Positions 11,538-22,820 of a stretch of DNA of 64,000 nt are shown here, in pieces (the first letter of the stretch is position 1; every line of letters starts with the position of its first letter). Made by a program: the position numbers and the translations under genes. The notes under the pieces are model-generated. The model was not told where the DNA came from. It searched no databases and saw only the letters and a list, made by a program, of their open reading frames with translations. This stretch comes from Verrucomicrobiota bacterium. GTDB taxonomy: Bacteria; Verrucomicrobiota; Verrucomicrobiia; Chthoniobacterales; JAFAMB01. The DNA lies in assembly GCA_019246215.1 (NCBI GenBank), contig JAFAQT010000427.1, positions 12,882 to 76,881 on the forward strand, in the 5' to 3' direction.

Positions 11538-13721
11538 ATGTCTACATCCGTTCTAGAGATAGAGAAGTCGAGCGTTATGACGACCAACCCCAACTCTCCA
11601 AATCGTGCTTACCCCCTGGAACGTACTCGGAATATTGGTATCAGCGCGCATATTGACGCTGGCAAGACGACTTTGACAGAGCGGATCCTATTTTACACGG
11701 GAATGATTCACCGGATCGGCGATGTGGATGATGGCAATACGGTAACCGACTGGATGGAACAGGAAAGAGAGCGTGGTATCACGATCACCTCTGCTGCCAC
11801 CACCTGTTTTTGGAATCAGCGCAAGGAGGAGGGGGTTTTCAAACTTTTTGAAAATCAGCCGCAGCGAGTCAACATCATCGATACTCCCGGGCATGTCGAT
11901 TTTACGGCGGAGGTGGAGCGTTCACTGCGTGTTTTGGACGGCGCGATCCTGGTCTTCGACAGTGTGGCTGGGGTACAACCACAAACCGAAACGGTCTGGC
12001 GGCAGGCGAACAAGTACAATGTTCCCCGGATCTGTTTTGTTAACAAAATGGATAAGGTAGGCGCCGATTTTAACAATGTAGTCAAAGAGATCCGGACCAA
12101 GCTTGGCGCGAATGCGTGGCCGGTGTTGATTCCACTAGGCAAGGAAGACTATCTCAAGGGCCAGCTCGATGTTATTAACAAGAAAGCAATCATTTACTCC
12201 GACAGCGATTCGTTCGGATCCGTTTACCAGGTCACCCAAATGCCGGATGAGCATAAGGATATGATCGATCGCGCCTATAATGACCTGGTCGAACAGGTAG
12301 CTAACCTCGATGACGAAGTCGGAACTCTCTTCCTTGAAGAAAAGTTGGTGACACCAAAAGACCTGAAAGCAGCAATCCGGCGACTGACCATCGCAAATCA
12401 ATTTGTCCCGGTCGCCGGCGGTTCTGCATTCAAGAATAAAGGTGTTCAATATCTGGTTGACGCTGTGGTCGACTATCTTCCGAGTCCGCTCGACATTCCT
12501 CCTGCGAGCGGCATCGATCCCGATACGCACGAGGAAAAATTTACCCCGACTGATGACAATGCGGACTTCTGTTCGCTGGCGTTTAAGCTCTGGAGTGATC
12601 CCTTTGTCGGCAAGCTCGTCTTTTTCCGTGTCTATTCCGGAAAGCTCTCGAAAGGAGACACAGTCTACAATCCGCGCACAAACAAGCGTGAACGCATCAG
12701 TCGTTTGATACAGATCCAGGCGGATAAGCGCGAGGACATCGAGACCTGCTACTCCGGGGATATCGCGGCGATTGTTGGAATCAAAAATATCACTACCGGC
12801 GACACCCTCTGTGACGAATCGTCCCAGATTCTTCTGGAACCTCCGTCCTTTCCCGAGCCGGTTATTTCTATGGCCATCGAGCCCAAGACGAAGATTGACC
12901 AGGAAAAAATGGCAACTGCACTGCAGCGCCTGTCAGAGGAGGATCCGACATTCCGGGTCTTCACCCACGAAGATACCGGCCAGACGATTATTGCCGGAAT
13001 GGGCGAACTTCACTTGGAAATCATCCGCGACCGCATGTTGCGCGAATTCAAGGTCGATGCAAATGCGGGCAAACCCCAGATTGCGTATCGCGAAACGGTC
13101 ACCAAAAATGCCACTGGTGAAGGGAAACTGATCAAGCAGTCGGGCGGCCGTGGTCAATATGGCCATGTGGTGGTAAAAGTGGAACCACGCGAGCGCGGAA
13201 AAGGCGTCCAGATCGAGAACAAGATCGTGGGAGGTGCCATTCCGAAGGAGTACATCCCTGCGGTAAAGAAAGGGATCGAAGAATCAGTTTCGAACGGAGT
13301 CGTCGGTGGATATCAGGTCATCGATTTCTATGTCGAGATCGTGGATGGATCGTACCACGACGTTGATTCGAATGAATTGGCGTTCAAGCTTGCCGCGATT
13401 TTTGCTATGAAGGATGCCTTCAAGAAGGCGCACTCGATCCTTCTCGAGCCGATTATGAACGTGGAGTGTGTCACGCCCGACGAGTATCAGGGCGATATCA
13501 TGGGAGATTTAAATCGGCGACGTGGCCGCATTGTTAATATAGAGGCCAAGAATTTTGCCACCATCATTCATTCAGAAGTACCGCTTGCCGAGATGTTCGG
13601 ATACGCAACCGCAATCCGATCCCTTTCAAAAGGACGCGCTTCCTATTCGATGGAGCCCTCTCATTTTGAGGCCGTGCCAGCCCAGATTGTTGCGGCGGTA
13701 TTGGATCAGAAAGGAGCATAA
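11538..13721 (+). CDS. fusA: Elongation factor G
   Basis: [37 protein letters not shown]. Start chosen at ATG 11538, which is preceded by AGGTGG. ATG 11577 and GTG 11526 are alternatives. Confidence 0.95.
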   Translation: MSTSVLEIEKSSVMTTNPNSPNRAYPLERTRNIGISAHIDAGKTTLTERILFYTGMIHRIGDVDDGNTVTDWMEQERERGITITSAATTCFWNQRKEEGVFKLFENQPQRVNIIDTPGHVDFTAEVERSLRVLDGAILVFDSVAGVQPQTETVWRQANKYNVPRICFVNKMDKVGADFNNVVKEIRTKLGANAWPVLIPLGKEDYLKGQLDVINKKAIIYSDSDSFGSVYQVTQMPDEHKDMIDRAYNDLVEQVANLDDEVGTLFLEEKLVTPKDLKAAIRRLTIANQFVPVAGGSAFKNKGVQYLVDAVVDYLPSPLDIPPASGIDPDTHEEKFTPTDDNADFCSLAFKLWSDPFVGKLVFFRVYSGKLSKGDTVYNPRTNKRERISRLIQIQADKREDIETCYSGDIAAIVGIKNITTGDTLCDESSQILLEPPSFPEPVISMAIEPKTKIDQEKMATALQRLSEEDPTFRVFTHEDTGQTIIAGMGELHLEIIRDRMLREFKVDANAGKPQIAYRETVTKNATGEGKLIKQSGGRGQYGHVVVKVEPRERGKGVQIENKIVGGAIPKEYIPAVKKGIEESVSNGVVGGYQVIDFYVEIVDGSYHDVDSNELAFKLAAIFAMKDAFKKAHSILLEPIMNVECVTPDEYQGDIMGDLNRRRGRIVNIEAKNFATIIHSEVPLAEMFGYATAIRSLSKGRASYSMEPSHFEAVPAQIVAAVLDQKGA

Positions 13722-13724
13722 GTT

Positions 13725-14036
13725 ATGGCGAATAGTCAACGCATTCGTATCCGCTTAAAAGGTTTTGACTACAGGATGCTGGATCAGTCTGCGGTGGAGA
13801 TTGTCGAGACGGCCAAGCGTACCGGCGCAAAAGTTGCCGGTCCGATTCCATTGCCGACAAAGATCGAGAAATTCACGGTGAACCGTTCGCCGCACGTCGA
13901 CAAAAAATCGATGGACCAATTTGAAATGCGTACTCACAAACGGTTGCTGGATATTATTGAACCTACTGCGAAGACGGTAGACGAGCTGCGCAAGCTGAAT
14001 CTCCCCGCGGGAGTAGATATCACCATTAAGATTTGA
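13725..14036 (+). CDS. rpsJ: 30S ribosomal protein S10
   Basis: [18 protein letters not shown]...GPIPLPT...[13 protein letters not shown]. Confidence 0.97.
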   Translation: MANSQRIRIRLKGFDYRMLDQSAVEIVETAKRTGAKVAGPIPLPTKIEKFTVNRSPHVDKKSMDQFEMRTHKRLLDIIEPTAKTVDELRKLNLPAGVDITIKI

Positions 14037-14054
14037 CGGTTGTTCCAATAGAGA

Positions 14055-14711
14055 ATGAAGATTGGACTTTTAGGTCGAAAAATTGGGATGACGCGTGTGT
14101 ACGACGCGAACGGGGAAGCTACGCCCGTCACCGTAATCGAGGCGGGCGGCAACACCGTGGTTCAGCTTAAAAGCCCTGAAACGGACGGATATAACGCGGT
14201 ACAGGTAGGCTTTGATTCACAGAAAGAATCGCGCGTCACTAAACCCTTGCTCGGGCATTTTAAGAAGGCGAATTCCGAACCGAAAAAATATGTGAGAGAA
14301 TTTCGGCTGCCGGAAGGAACGCAGTTTGACACAGACGTGAACCTGGGCGTGAACCAGTTTCAGCCGGGCGAGTTTGTGGATGTTATTGGGAAATCCAAAG
14401 GAAAAGGGTTTCAGGGAGTCATGAAGAAGCATGGATTCGCTGGCCAACCGGCTGCACATGGGTCCAAGACTCATCGGCGAAATGGTGCGGTTGGAAATCG
14501 GTCAACTCCAGGGCGCATCTGGCGTAACATGGGGATGCCCGGGCACATGGGGGATGAACGGGTAACGGTGCAAAATCTGCGGGTCGTGCAAGTGCGGCCG
14601 GAGGAAAACGTCATCTTGGTTTGTGGAGCGGTTCCCGGATCAAATGGAAGCTATGTCGTCATACGACCGGCGAAGAAAAAACAGGAATCGGAGGAAGGGA
14701 AAAACAGATGA
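14055..14711 (+). CDS. rplC: 50S ribosomal protein L3
   Basis: GLLGRKIGMTRVYD...PVTVIEA...GKSKGKGFQGVMKKHGF. Confidence 0.97.
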   Translation: MKIGLLGRKIGMTRVYDANGEATPVTVIEAGGNTVVQLKSPETDGYNAVQVGFDSQKESRVTKPLLGHFKKANSEPKKYVREFRLPEGTQFDTDVNLGVNQFQPGEFVDVIGKSKGKGFQGVMKKHGFAGQPAAHGSKTHRRNGAVGNRSTPGRIWRNMGMPGHMGDERVTVQNLRVVQVRPEENVILVCGAVPGSNGSYVVIRPAKKKQESEEGKNR

Positions 14712-15316
14712 GCGCGACGGTTTTAACGATTGCTGCCGCCAAGGATGCAAAGATTAGGGTGATCGAAAATGGGCGCGGTACCCAAGCTCTGCACGATGTC
14801 GTGGTTGCTCTCCGGGCAAACCGTAGAAGCGGTAGTGCAAACACTAAGACGAAGGCGGAAGTTGTTTATTCGGGCAAAAAACCATGGCGGCAAAAAGGAA
14901 CCGGGCGAGCGCGTGCCGGCTACACCTCATCGCCGGTGTGGTCGGGCGGAGGCGTGGCTTTCGGCCCGAAACCGCGGGATTACTCAAGGAACGTGCCCAG
15001 AAGGATCAGGTGTCTTGCTTTGCTGAAGGCGCTCAGTTCCAGAATCATTGCGGGCGATGTGCTGATTGCCGAACACATCAAGGTGGCTACACCGAAAACC
15101 AAAGAGTTTATCTCGTTCCTGAAATCGCAGACTGAAGAGCGCAAGGTTCTTCTGGTCGCGACGCAATTTGACGATGCCACTTACAAAGCCGCCAGAAATA
15201 TTCAACCGGTACTGTTGAACACTGCGGCCGAAGTGAATACAGAACAGTTGCTCGCGTTCCGAAAAATTATCGTGACCAGAGAGGCCTTGGCCAGACTAGC
15301 GGAGAGATTGGCATGA
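14708..15316 (+). CDS. rplD: 50S ribosomal protein L4
   Basis: KKPWRQKGTGRARAG...SPVWSGGGVAFGPKPRDY. ATG 14708 follows GGAGGAAGGG and overlaps the rplC stop (ATGA). The longer track ORF from 14621 is rejected. Confidence 0.95.
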   Translation: MSATVLTIAAAKDAKIRVIENGRGTQALHDVVVALRANRRSGSANTKTKAEVVYSGKKPWRQKGTGRARAGYTSSPVWSGGGVAFGPKPRDYSRNVPRRIRCLALLKALSSRIIAGDVLIAEHIKVATPKTKEFISFLKSQTEERKVLLVATQFDDATYKAARNIQPVLLNTAAEVNTEQLLAFRKIIVTREALARLAERLA

Positions 15317-15597
15317 ATGAGCCGACCCACTTGATTCACAATATCCGGCTTACGGAGAAGGCGAGTTTGCTGAGCGAAAAGAATAACCAATACGTCTTCC
15401 GGGTCGATCCGCGCGCCAATAAGCTCGAGATAAAGCAGGCGATCCAGGAACTTTTTGGAAAGAAAGTTGTCCGTGTTAACACCGCCCAGTACGCCGGAAA
15501 AAAGAAGCGGGAACGCCGAGCCGATTTCGGCAGGCGGGCGCACTGGAAAAAGGCGATCGTGACGCTCGCTAGAGGGGAGAAAATTGACCTCGTCTAG
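15313..15597 (+). CDS. rplW: 50S ribosomal protein L23
   Basis: Position in the S10 operon, plus LTEKASLL...NQYVFRVDPRANKLEIKQAIQELFGKKVVRVNT. Confidence 0.95.
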   Translation: MNEPTHLIHNIRLTEKASLLSEKNNQYVFRVDPRANKLEIKQAIQELFGKKVVRVNTAQYAGKKKRERRADFGRRAHWKKAIVTLARGEKIDLV

Positions 15598-15612
15598 CAG
15601 GAGGCTGAAACC

Positions 15613-16464
15613 ATGCCATTAAAGAATTTCAGACCGCTCACTCCGACGCAGCGCTTCAAACAAACCTCGGAGTTCGACGAGATTACAAAAGCGAGACCCG
15701 AGAAATCTCTGCTCGAGCCACGAAAAAGGTCAGGTGGCCGAAACAACAGTGGGCGCCTGACTTCGCGCCACATTGGAGGCGGGCACAAACAGAAATATCG
15801 CATTATTGATTTCAAGCGAAAACTTCGTGATCTGCCGGCGACCGTGGAGGCCATCGAGTACGATCCGAATCGCTCGGCCCGTATCGCTCTCGTTCAATAT
15901 CCCGGGGGCGAGAAGGCTTACATCCTTGCGCCCATCGGGCTGAAGATCGGCGCAAAAGTGATCGCCGGCGACCACGTGGCTCCGGATCTGGGGAATGCTC
16001 TGCCGCTTAAAGCTATTCCCTTGGGAACAACCATTCACAATGTGGAGATCATTCCGGGCAGAGGCGGCCAAGTCGCTCGCAGTGCCGGTCAGCAGGCCAT
16101 TTTGAGCAATCGCGAAGCAGGATACGCGTTGGTCCGTCTGCCGTCGGGTGAAATCCGGCGCATTCATGAGAACGCGTATGCGACTATCGGCCAAGTCGGC
16201 AACGTCGAGCATATGAATGTTTCAAGCGGCAAAGCGGGGAGGAGCCGTTGGCTGGGCCGGCGCCCGCACGTTCGCGGTATGGCGATGAACCCGATCGACC
16301 ACCCGATGGGTGGTGGCCAGGGAAAAAGCAAAGGTGGCGGCGGGCGGCATCATCCTGTCAGTCCTTGGGGTCAGTTGTCCAAAGGGTTTAAAACCCGCCG
16401 CAAACACCAGCCAAGCGACTCGGTGATTATCGAGCGCCGGAAGAGCACGAAAAAGACGAAGTAA
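15613..16464 (+). CDS. rplB: 50S ribosomal protein L2
   Basis: [22 protein letters not shown]...RSAGQQA...[21 protein letters not shown]. Confidence 0.98.
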   Translation: MPLKNFRPLTPTQRFKQTSEFDEITKARPEKSLLEPRKRSGGRNNSGRLTSRHIGGGHKQKYRIIDFKRKLRDLPATVEAIEYDPNRSARIALVQYPGGEKAYILAPIGLKIGAKVIAGDHVAPDLGNALPLKAIPLGTTIHNVEIIPGRGGQVARSAGQQAILSNREAGYALVRLPSGEIRRIHENAYATIGQVGNVEHMNVSSGKAGRSRWLGRRPHVRGMAMNPIDHPMGGGQGKSKGGGGRHHPVSPWGQLSKGFKTRRKHQPSDSVIIERRKSTKKTK

Positions 16465-16467
16465 TCT

Positions 16468-16749
16468 ATGTCCCGATCCTTAAAAAAAGGTCCATTCGTA
16501 GACGTTAGGCTTCTCGAAAAGGTCGAGAAGATGAGTGGTGGTGGCGCCGCAAAGAGGCCGATCAAAACTTGGTCGCGTCGGTCAATGATTACACCTGACT
16601 TTGTAGGCCACACTTTCCTGGTGCATAACGGCAAAATTTTTAACTCAGTGTTTGTGACTGAAAATATGGTTGGGCATAAACTCGGCGAATTTTCGCCTAC
16701 CCGAAGCTTCAAGAAGCATGGTGCTCATACGGCCAAGGTGGCGAAGTAA
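16468..16749 (+). CDS. rpsS: 30S ribosomal protein S19
   Basis: [12 protein letters not shown]...[25 protein letters not shown]. Confidence 0.97.
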   Translation: MSRSLKKGPFVDVRLLEKVEKMSGGGAAKRPIKTWSRRSMITPDFVGHTFLVHNGKIFNSVFVTENMVGHKLGEFSPTRSFKKHGAHTAKVAK

Positions 16750-16777
16750 AAGGGCGTCCGGTTCAGACGTAAACGAA

Positions 16778-17311
16778 ATGCAGGTAACCTCCACATATCG
16801 ATTTGCGCGCATCTCAGCGTTCAAGGCGCGAGAAGTGACACGTGAAATCCAGGGTCAGTCAGCCTCCGAGGCACTGGATCTTTTGGCCTTCAGTCCGAAA
16901 AAGGCGGCTGTTTTGGTCAAAAAGACGTTGAAGAGCGCGATCGCCAACGCTGAAAACAACGCTGAGCTCAAGGTGGACACTCTTCTCGTCAAAGAGGCTA
17001 TTGTGGGAGAAGGCCCAACTTTCAAACGGTTTCGCGCGCGCGCCCGCGGTGGTGCAAGTCCCCTCCGGAAGCGCACGAGCCACATCCGGATCGTACTGAG
17101 CGACGAATTAACACCGAAGGTTCCGGCGAAACGTGCAAAACGGCGTGAGACCGGCCGGGAAGGCCGGAAGCCGAAAGCAACACATGAAGCCGGACAAAGG
17201 CGGCCGGCAAACGAAGCGATCCCGAGCGGAAAAGCTCCGAAGAAAATTGACGGGCCGACCGGCCCCAGCGAGCCGGTAAGCGAGGCCAAGTCAGTAGAAA
17301 AGAAAGACTAG
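16778..17311 (+). CDS. rplV: 50S ribosomal protein L22 with a basic C-terminal extension of about 65 aa
   Basis: [26 protein letters not shown]...[29 protein letters not shown], followed by a Lys/Arg/Pro-rich tail. The track ORF from 16670 overlaps rpsS and is rejected. Confidence 0.93.
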   Translation: MQVTSTYRFARISAFKAREVTREIQGQSASEALDLLAFSPKKAAVLVKKTLKSAIANAENNAELKVDTLLVKEAIVGEGPTFKRFRARARGGASPLRKRTSHIRIVLSDELTPKVPAKRAKRRETGREGRKPKATHEAGQRRPANEAIPSGKAPKKIDGPTGPSEPVSEAKSVEKKD

Positions 17312-17312
17312 C

Positions 17313-18002
17313 ATGGGACAGAAAGTTAATCCGATTGGGTTTCGCCTTGCCCTAAACAAAGAATGGCGGTCGCGTTGGTATGCCTCCACGAAGGAGTTTC
17401 CGGAGTTTCTACATGCCGACTTAGGAATCCGGCGGTTTGTGAAGCAGAAGCTTTCCATGGCAGCTGTGTCGAAAATCGTGATCGAACGCGCATGGAACAG
17501 CATCCGGGTGACTATATTTACGGCCCGCCCAGGTATTGTGATCGGCCGCAAAGGAGCTGAGATCGAGAAGATGACCGAAGAAATCACGCGGATGTCAGGG
17601 GGGAAACAGGTCAAAATTGATATTCAGGAAATAAAGACTCCGGAATTGGATGCGCAGTTGGTTTCCGAGAATGTCGCGTTGCAGATTGAGCGTCGTATTT
17701 CGTTCCGCCGGGCGATGAAGAAGGCGGTGCAAACGACGATGGATTTCGGGGCGTTGGGCATCAAAATTCGCTGTTCCGGGCGCCTCGGTGGTGCGGAAAT
17801 TTCACGGGCTGAATGGTACCGCGAAGGCAAGATACCTTTGCACACACTCCGCACGCCGATCGATTATGGATTTGCTGAGGCGAACACCGTGTATGGCAAA
17901 ATTGGAGTGAAATGCTGGATCTGCAAACCGGAACCGGTGGCCGACCTGCAGACGCAGAAGAGAGAGGGTGCACATGAATTAACCCCAGGGCCCCGGCAAT
18001 AA
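17313..18002 (+). CDS. rpsC: 30S ribosomal protein S3
   Basis: [12 protein letters not shown]...(KH domain)...[25 protein letters not shown]. Confidence 0.97.
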   Translation: MGQKVNPIGFRLALNKEWRSRWYASTKEFPEFLHADLGIRRFVKQKLSMAAVSKIVIERAWNSIRVTIFTARPGIVIGRKGAEIEKMTEEITRMSGGKQVKIDIQEIKTPELDAQLVSENVALQIERRISFRRAMKKAVQTTMDFGALGIKIRCSGRLGGAEISRAEWYREGKIPLHTLRTPIDYGFAEANTVYGKIGVKCWICKPEPVADLQTQKREGAHELTPGPRQ

Positions 18003-18023
18003 GTTTCACCGTGGAGATATCGT

Positions 18024-18449
18024 ATGCCCTTGATGCCAAAGAGAGTGAAGTACCGGAAGACGCAGCGAGGAAGTCGCTGCGGCAACGCCAGCCGAAACAT
18101 CTCGATTGCCTTTGGTGAATACGCTTTGCAAACGCTTGATCGGGCTTGGATCACCAACACACAGATCGAAGCGGCTCGCATTGCGTTGACTCGTAATATG
18201 AAAAGAAAAGGGAAGCTCTGGATTAAGATTTTCCCTGACAAATCAGTGACGAAGCGACCGCCGGAAACCCGAATGGGGAAGGGTAAAGGCAATCCAGAGT
18301 TCTGGGTCGCGACGGTTCGGCCTGGCAACATTCTTTTCGAATTGGACGGCGTGACAGAATCGGTTGCTCGGGAATCACTACGGCTGGCCGCGACAAAGCT
18401 TCCCGTCAAAACCAGATTTATCAGCCGGCAGCGAGCGGTGGTTACTTAG
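18024..18449 (+). CDS. rplP: 50S ribosomal protein L16
   Basis: [13 protein letters not shown]...[10 protein letters not shown]...[12 protein letters not shown]. Confidence 0.97.
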   Translation: MPLMPKRVKYRKTQRGSRCGNASRNISIAFGEYALQTLDRAWITNTQIEAARIALTRNMKRKGKLWIKIFPDKSVTKRPPETRMGKGKGNPEFWVATVRPGNILFELDGVTESVARESLRLAATKLPVKTRFISRQRAVVT

Positions 18450-18469
18450 TGATCCAGGCCAATTCAGCC

Positions 18470-18661
18470 ATGAAAATCAAGGAACTGCGCGAATTAAGTA
18501 ATGAAGAGCTGTTTGCTCGGCGTTACGAGCTGCGAAAAGACTCTTTTAATCTCCGCCTGCAGCAACAGACAGGCGCGACGGAGAAACCGAGCGTGATTCG
18601 GACAAGTCGCAGAGAGGTGGCTCGCATCGAAACGATACTGGCTGAACGCGCCAGGAAATGA
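18470..18661 (+). CDS. rpmC: 50S ribosomal protein L29
   Basis: MKIKELRELSNEEL...LRLQQQTG. ATG 18470 is preferred over the GTG 18449 track start. Confidence 0.9.
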   Translation: MKIKELRELSNEELFARRYELRKDSFNLRLQQQTGATEKPSVIRTSRREVARIETILAERARK

Positions 18662-18715
18662 ATAGCTGCCGACCAAGCCGGCCTAAGTGTCGTCCGCAGG
18701 AACTAGAAAGTAAAT

Positions 18716-19084
18716 ATGAGTGAGGAGACTGTGAGTGAGGAAGGTACTGCTGCAGCGGGCGAAGGCGCCGGTTTGTCCGACGATGGCACTGCGACGTCCG
18801 CAATCCCAGCCGCTCCAACGCAGCAGTCTGAAACTCCAAAGCGGCATCTTCGGAAGACCCGAGTGGGTCAGGTTGTTTCCAACAAAATGGAGAAAACGAT
18901 CGTGGTCGCGGTTGTTCGCCGAGTCCCGCATGCGAAATTCGGGAAAATTGTGAAGCGGACCAAGAAATTGTATGCGCACGACGAGAAGAACCAGTGTTCG
19001 ATTGGGGATTTGGTGCGTGTTCAAGAGACCCGACCTCTGAGTCGATTGAAACGCTGGCAACTGGTCGAAATATTGAAACACTAA
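18716..19084 (+). CDS. rpsQ: 30S ribosomal protein S17 with an acidic/Ala-rich N-terminal extension of about 42 aa
   Basis: Core: [45 protein letters not shown]...[18 protein letters not shown]. The only in-frame start upstream of the core is ATG 18716. Confidence 0.92.
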   Translation: MSEETVSEEGTAAAGEGAGLSDDGTATSAIPAAPTQQSETPKRHLRKTRVGQVVSNKMEKTIVVAVVRRVPHAKFGKIVKRTKKLYAHDEKNQCSIGDLVRVQETRPLSRLKRWQLVEILKH

Positions 19085-19101
19085 TTTGGAAAGGTTAGAT
19101 C

Positions 19102-19467
19102 ATGATCCAGATTCGTTCCAGGTTAGATGTGGCCGACAATACCGGTGCGCGTATGGCAACCATGATAGGGGTCATTGGTAAACAAACTCCCTACGCCTCA
19201 ATTGGGGATGTCATCACTTGTAACGTGAAAGAAGCGGCGGCGAACGGCACAGTGAAAAAAGGTGAGGTAGTCCGGGCAGTGGTAGTGCGGACCAAGCAAC
19301 CGGTAAAGCGGGACGATGGTTCCTACCTGCGTTTTGATAATAATGCGATTGTCATTATCGACAAGGATTTAAACCCCAGGGGGACCCGCATATTCGGACC
19401 GGTAGCCCGGGAATTGCGGGAAAAGAATTTCATGAAGATTATTTCGCTCGCTCCGGAGGTCTTATGA
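19102..19467 (+). CDS. rplN: 50S ribosomal protein L14
   Basis: [17 protein letters not shown]...RFDNNAIVI...[12 protein letters not shown]. Confidence 0.98.
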   Translation: MIQIRSRLDVADNTGARMATMIGVIGKQTPYASIGDVITCNVKEAAANGTVKKGEVVRAVVVRTKQPVKRDDGSYLRFDNNAIVIIDKDLNPRGTRIFGPVARELREKNFMKIISLAPEVL

Positions 19468-19736
19468 GCAAGCTGCGATTTCATGTAAAAAAAGGAGACG
19501 AGGTCAAGGTGATCTCCGGCAACCATCAAGGAGCGTCGGGAAAGGTGCTGGCGGTCTTACCGAAGAAGGGGCAGGTCCTGATCGAGGGAGTACGGTTAAT
19601 CAAAAAAACGCAGCGCAAATCTCAGGACAGTCCGAACGGCGCGATTATCACTCGTGAAGGTCCGATCCACATTTCGAATGTGAAACTGGTCGAATCCCGT
19701 GTGGCCAAGCCCGCAAAAAAAAGTCGGGGAGGGTAA
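19464..19736 (+). CDS. rplX: 50S ribosomal protein L24
   Basis: [23 protein letters not shown] (KOW motif). Position between rplN and rplE. Confidence 0.95.
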   Translation: MSKLRFHVKKGDEVKVISGNHQGASGKVLAVLPKKGQVLIEGVRLIKKTQRKSQDSPNGAIITREGPIHISNVKLVESRVAKPAKKSRGG

Positions 19737-19739
19737 AGA

Positions 19740-20324
19740 ATGCAACCAGAACTGTACAAGGAGTATCAGACCAAAGTGATACCGGCTCTCAGCAAGAGCT
19801 TGGGGTACAAAAACGTTTTCCAGGTGCCGAAGGTCGACAAAGTGGTGGTGAACACGTGTATTCCCGCTAGTGTCAGCGACCTGAAACAGGCTCTTGAAGA
19901 TGCCAAAAGGGAGCTTGCGATCATCACGGGTCAGAAGGCTGCAGAGACCAAATCGAAAAAGAGCATCTCCAATTTCAAGCTTCGGAAAGGGCAGGCAATC
20001 GGCGCAAAAGTGACATTGCGGGGAGATCGGATGTACGAATTCCTGGAGCGCCTAATTAAAATGGCCTTACCGCGAATCCGAGATTTTCGAGGAATATCTC
20101 CGAAGGCATTTGACGGCCATGGCAATTACACACTGGGGGTCCACGATCAATCAATGTTTCCAGAAGTGGATCTTGATAAGATAAAGCGCACCGTCGGGTT
20201 TGACATCACAATTGTCACCACGGCGAGAACGAACGAGGAGGCCAAGGCGCTCCTGACCGAGTTGGGCATACCATTTAGCGACAAGAAGCAACCCACGAAG
20301 GCCTCTCCCGAGGAGAACCATTGA
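19740..20324 (+). CDS. rplE: 50S ribosomal protein L5
   Basis: PKVDKVVVNTCI...KVTLRGDRMYEFLERLI...LPRIRDFRG...FDGHGNYTLG. Confidence 0.97.
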   Translation: MQPELYKEYQTKVIPALSKSLGYKNVFQVPKVDKVVVNTCIPASVSDLKQALEDAKRELAIITGQKAAETKSKKSISNFKLRKGQAIGAKVTLRGDRMYEFLERLIKMALPRIRDFRGISPKAFDGHGNYTLGVHDQSMFPEVDLDKIKRTVGFDITIVTTARTNEEAKALLTELGIPFSDKKQPTKASPEENH

Positions 20325-20722
20325 TGAGTAACCTTTCAGACCCGATCGCAGATTTTTTGACTCGCCTTCGCAACGCTTCTCGCGCGCACCGCACCGATGT
20401 CTCGGCGCCTTATTCCCGAATCAAAGAAGAGATTGCTCGGATTTTGAAGCGGGAAGGATACATCTCCGAATTTGAAGTCGATACGCAAAGCAAGCCCGCT
20501 CAAATCAAGGTGACGATGAAGTTCGTGAATCGTACTCCGGCATTGAGTGGGCTTAAACGGGTCAGCAAGCCCGGGCTGAGGAAATATGTCGGTTCAACCG
20601 AAATTCCACGCGTGCTTGGAGGTCTGGGCGTCTCGATCCTTTCGACCTCACGTGGCATTATTACCGGTCGCGAGGCTCGCAAGGAACGCTTAGGGGGCGA
20701 ATTGTTGGCGGTGGTGTGGTGA
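20324..20722 (+). CDS. rpsH: 30S ribosomal protein S8
   Basis: DPIADFLTRLRNA...ILKREGYI...GLGVSILSTSRGIITGREARK. The ATG overlaps the rplE stop, so no room is left for rpsN. Confidence 0.96.
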   Translation: MSNLSDPIADFLTRLRNASRAHRTDVSAPYSRIKEEIARILKREGYISEFEVDTQSKPAQIKVTMKFVNRTPALSGLKRVSKPGLRKYVGSTEIPRVLGGLGVSILSTSRGIITGREARKERLGGELLAVVW

Positions 20723-20734
20723 GGAGGTCTTGAC

Positions 20735-21274
20735 ATGTCTCGTATCGGCAAAAAATCGATCGAAATTCCTGAGAAAGTAAAGTTGGCCGTTTCCGAGACT
20801 GGTTCGGTCAAGGTGGAAGGTCCCAGGGGTAAGTTGGAGTGGATTTTGCCGGACTCGATCAAACTTCGTGTCGACGGGAAACAAGCGGTTCTGGATCGGG
20901 ATACCGAAACCAGAGCTGTCAAAGCGCTTCACGGGCTTTCGCGAAGTCTGATTTACAACATGGTCGTCGGCGTCAGCCAAGGTTTCCAAAAAGGTCTGGA
21001 AATCCATGGTGTCGGTTTTCGCGCGCAGGTGCAGGGCAAGAATTTGAACTTGAGCATCGGGTTCTCGCATCCGGTGGTGTTTCCCATTCCGGACGGAATA
21101 AGAATTACGGTTCAGGAGAACACAAAACTTTTGATCGAAGGAATCGATAAACAGGCGGTCGGCCAGGTAGCCGCCGATATCCGTTCTTACTATCCTCCGG
21201 AGCCCTACAAAGGCAAAGGGATCCGGTACGCTGGCGAGCAGATCCTTCGCAAGGAAGGCAAGACGGTCCAGTAA
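20735..21274 (+). CDS. rplF: 50S ribosomal protein L6
   Basis: [16 protein letters not shown]...GPRGKL...[14 protein letters not shown]. Confidence 0.97.
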   Translation: MSRIGKKSIEIPEKVKLAVSETGSVKVEGPRGKLEWILPDSIKLRVDGKQAVLDRDTETRAVKALHGLSRSLIYNMVVGVSQGFQKGLEIHGVGFRAQVQGKNLNLSIGFSHPVVFPIPDGIRITVQENTKLLIEGIDKQAVGQVAADIRSYYPPEPYKGKGIRYAGEQILRKEGKTVQ

Positions 21275-21320
21275 CAACGATGCAGGCAGATGGGAGAAAA
21301 TGATCTGTCCTTTAGGAAGA

Positions 21321-21677
21321 ATGAAAGCGATTGACCGCATTAAGATACGACATACACGGATTCGCCGGCGGGTGACGGGGACACCGACGCGTCCGCGTCT
21401 CGCGGTTCATTTTTCGGGCCAGCACATTTATGCACAAGTGATCGACGACTCGTCCGGTAAGACTGTGGCTGCCGTTTCAACGGTCGAATCGAGCGTGAAA
21501 GGGAGTCGTCGGACGAATGCGAATATGGCGACAGCAGGAAAAGTGGGTGCGCTTATCGCTGCAAGAAGTCTGCAGAAAAACATCAAAGCCGTGGTATTTG
21601 ACCGCGGAGGATTTAGATATCACGGAAAAGTAAAGGCATTGGCCGATGCGGCTCGTGCCGCTGGTTTGGAGTTCTAG
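21321..21677 (+). CDS. rplR: 50S ribosomal protein L18
   Basis: [20 protein letters not shown]...[24 protein letters not shown] 21321 follows AGGAAG. Confidence 0.95.
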   Translation: MKAIDRIKIRHTRIRRRVTGTPTRPRLAVHFSGQHIYAQVIDDSSGKTVAAVSTVESSVKGSRRTNANMATAGKVGALIAARSLQKNIKAVVFDRGGFRYHGKVKALADAARAAGLEF

Positions 21678-21747
21678 GGTACACTAGAACTCAGATTTTG
21701 GTGGGAATCGGAGTAGCGAGCTACTCGCCTCCACCGCAGAAATATAT

Positions 21748-22272
21748 ATGGCAACTGACGGAAGAAATCGTCGGACAGACAATACGAGTGATCGAGGGGG
21801 GCAAAAAGGCGACACGACTGAGAAAGTGGTGTTTATCAATCGCTGCGCGAAAGTGGTCAAGGGTGGTCGCCGTTTCAGCTTCAGCGCTTTGATCGTCGCG
21901 GGTGACCACAAGGGGCGTGTGGGATATGGGTTTGGCAAAGCGAATGAAGTCTCGGAAGCAATACGCAAAGCGTCCGAATCCGCCCGGAAATCGATGGTGG
22001 CCGTCGCTGTTTACGAAAACACGATTCCGCATGAGGTGATCGGAGCATTTGGCGGTGGGCGAGTTCTGTTGCGGCCCGCATCTCCTGGTACGGGCGTGAT
22101 TGCGGGGGGCGGAGTGCGGGCGGTTGTGGAAGCGGCGGGCATCAAAGATGTGCTTGCCAAGTCGCTGGGTTCAAGTAATCACGCGAATGTTGTTAAGGCC
22201 ACCATCGAAGCTTTGCGAGGGCTTCGGCACCGCCAGGATATACTCAGACTTCGCGGAAAAGAAAGCAGGTAA
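21748..22272 (+). CDS. rpsE: 30S ribosomal protein S5
   Basis: [42 protein letters not shown]...[12 protein letters not shown]. Confidence 0.97.
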   Translation: MATDGRNRRTDNTSDRGGQKGDTTEKVVFINRCAKVVKGGRRFSFSALIVAGDHKGRVGYGFGKANEVSEAIRKASESARKSMVAVAVYENTIPHEVIGAFGGGRVLLRPASPGTGVIAGGGVRAVVEAAGIKDVLAKSLGSSNHANVVKATIEALRGLRHRQDILRLRGKESR

Positions 22273-22356
22273 GAACGCACTTCTGCGACTCCGACGATGA
22301 CCGACCACAAGAATCCCGACGCACAGAAGCGCGTCTCTTTCGAGAACTCATTGATT

Positions 22357-22803
22357 ATGCGGCTAAATGAATTAAAACCTCGCCCAGGTTCGAAGCACCG
22401 GGTTAAGCGCCTAGGGTGCGGCGAGAGTTCCGGCCACGGAAAAACGAGCGGCAAAGGTCATAAGGGCCAAAAGGCTCGTTCAGGAGGAAGCATCCGTCCT
22501 GGGTTCGAAGGCGGTCAGATGCCGCTTATTCGGCGCTTGCCAAAGCGGGGGTTTAATAACGCGGCGTTCAAGGCCTCTTATGCGCTTGTCAATCTGGGCG
22601 ACCTCGAACAGTTCGAAGAGGGTTCTCATGTCACCGAGCAGGTGCTCCGCGAAAAAGGGCTGGTGAACGGAAAATATGATGGATTGAAGATTCTGGGCCG
22701 TGGCGAACTCACCAAAAAATTGACGGTCGAAGCCGACAAATTCAGTAAAACCGGACAGCAGGGGATTGAAAACGCCGGGGGAACTGTAATTATTCGCGGT
22801 TAG
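22357..22803 (+). CDS. rplO: 50S ribosomal protein L15
   Basis: [44 protein letters not shown]. The track ORF from 22297 adds a non-conserved leader and is rejected. Confidence 0.94.
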   Translation: MRLNELKPRPGSKHRVKRLGCGESSGHGKTSGKGHKGQKARSGGSIRPGFEGGQMPLIRRLPKRGFNNAAFKASYALVNLGDLEQFEEGSHVTEQVLREKGLVNGKYDGLKILGRGELTKKLTVEADKFSKTGQQGIENAGGTVIIRG

Positions 22804-22820
22804 TTCGAGTCGTTCGCCCC

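Noticed and set aside
20690-21340. A 216-aa minus-strand ORF, and similar antisense ORFs across the ribosomal cluster (for example 15730..16212, 16855..17289, 17864..18409)
   Set aside because: They lie antisense to strongly conserved r-protein genes and have Arg/Ser/Pro-rich shadow-frame compositions.
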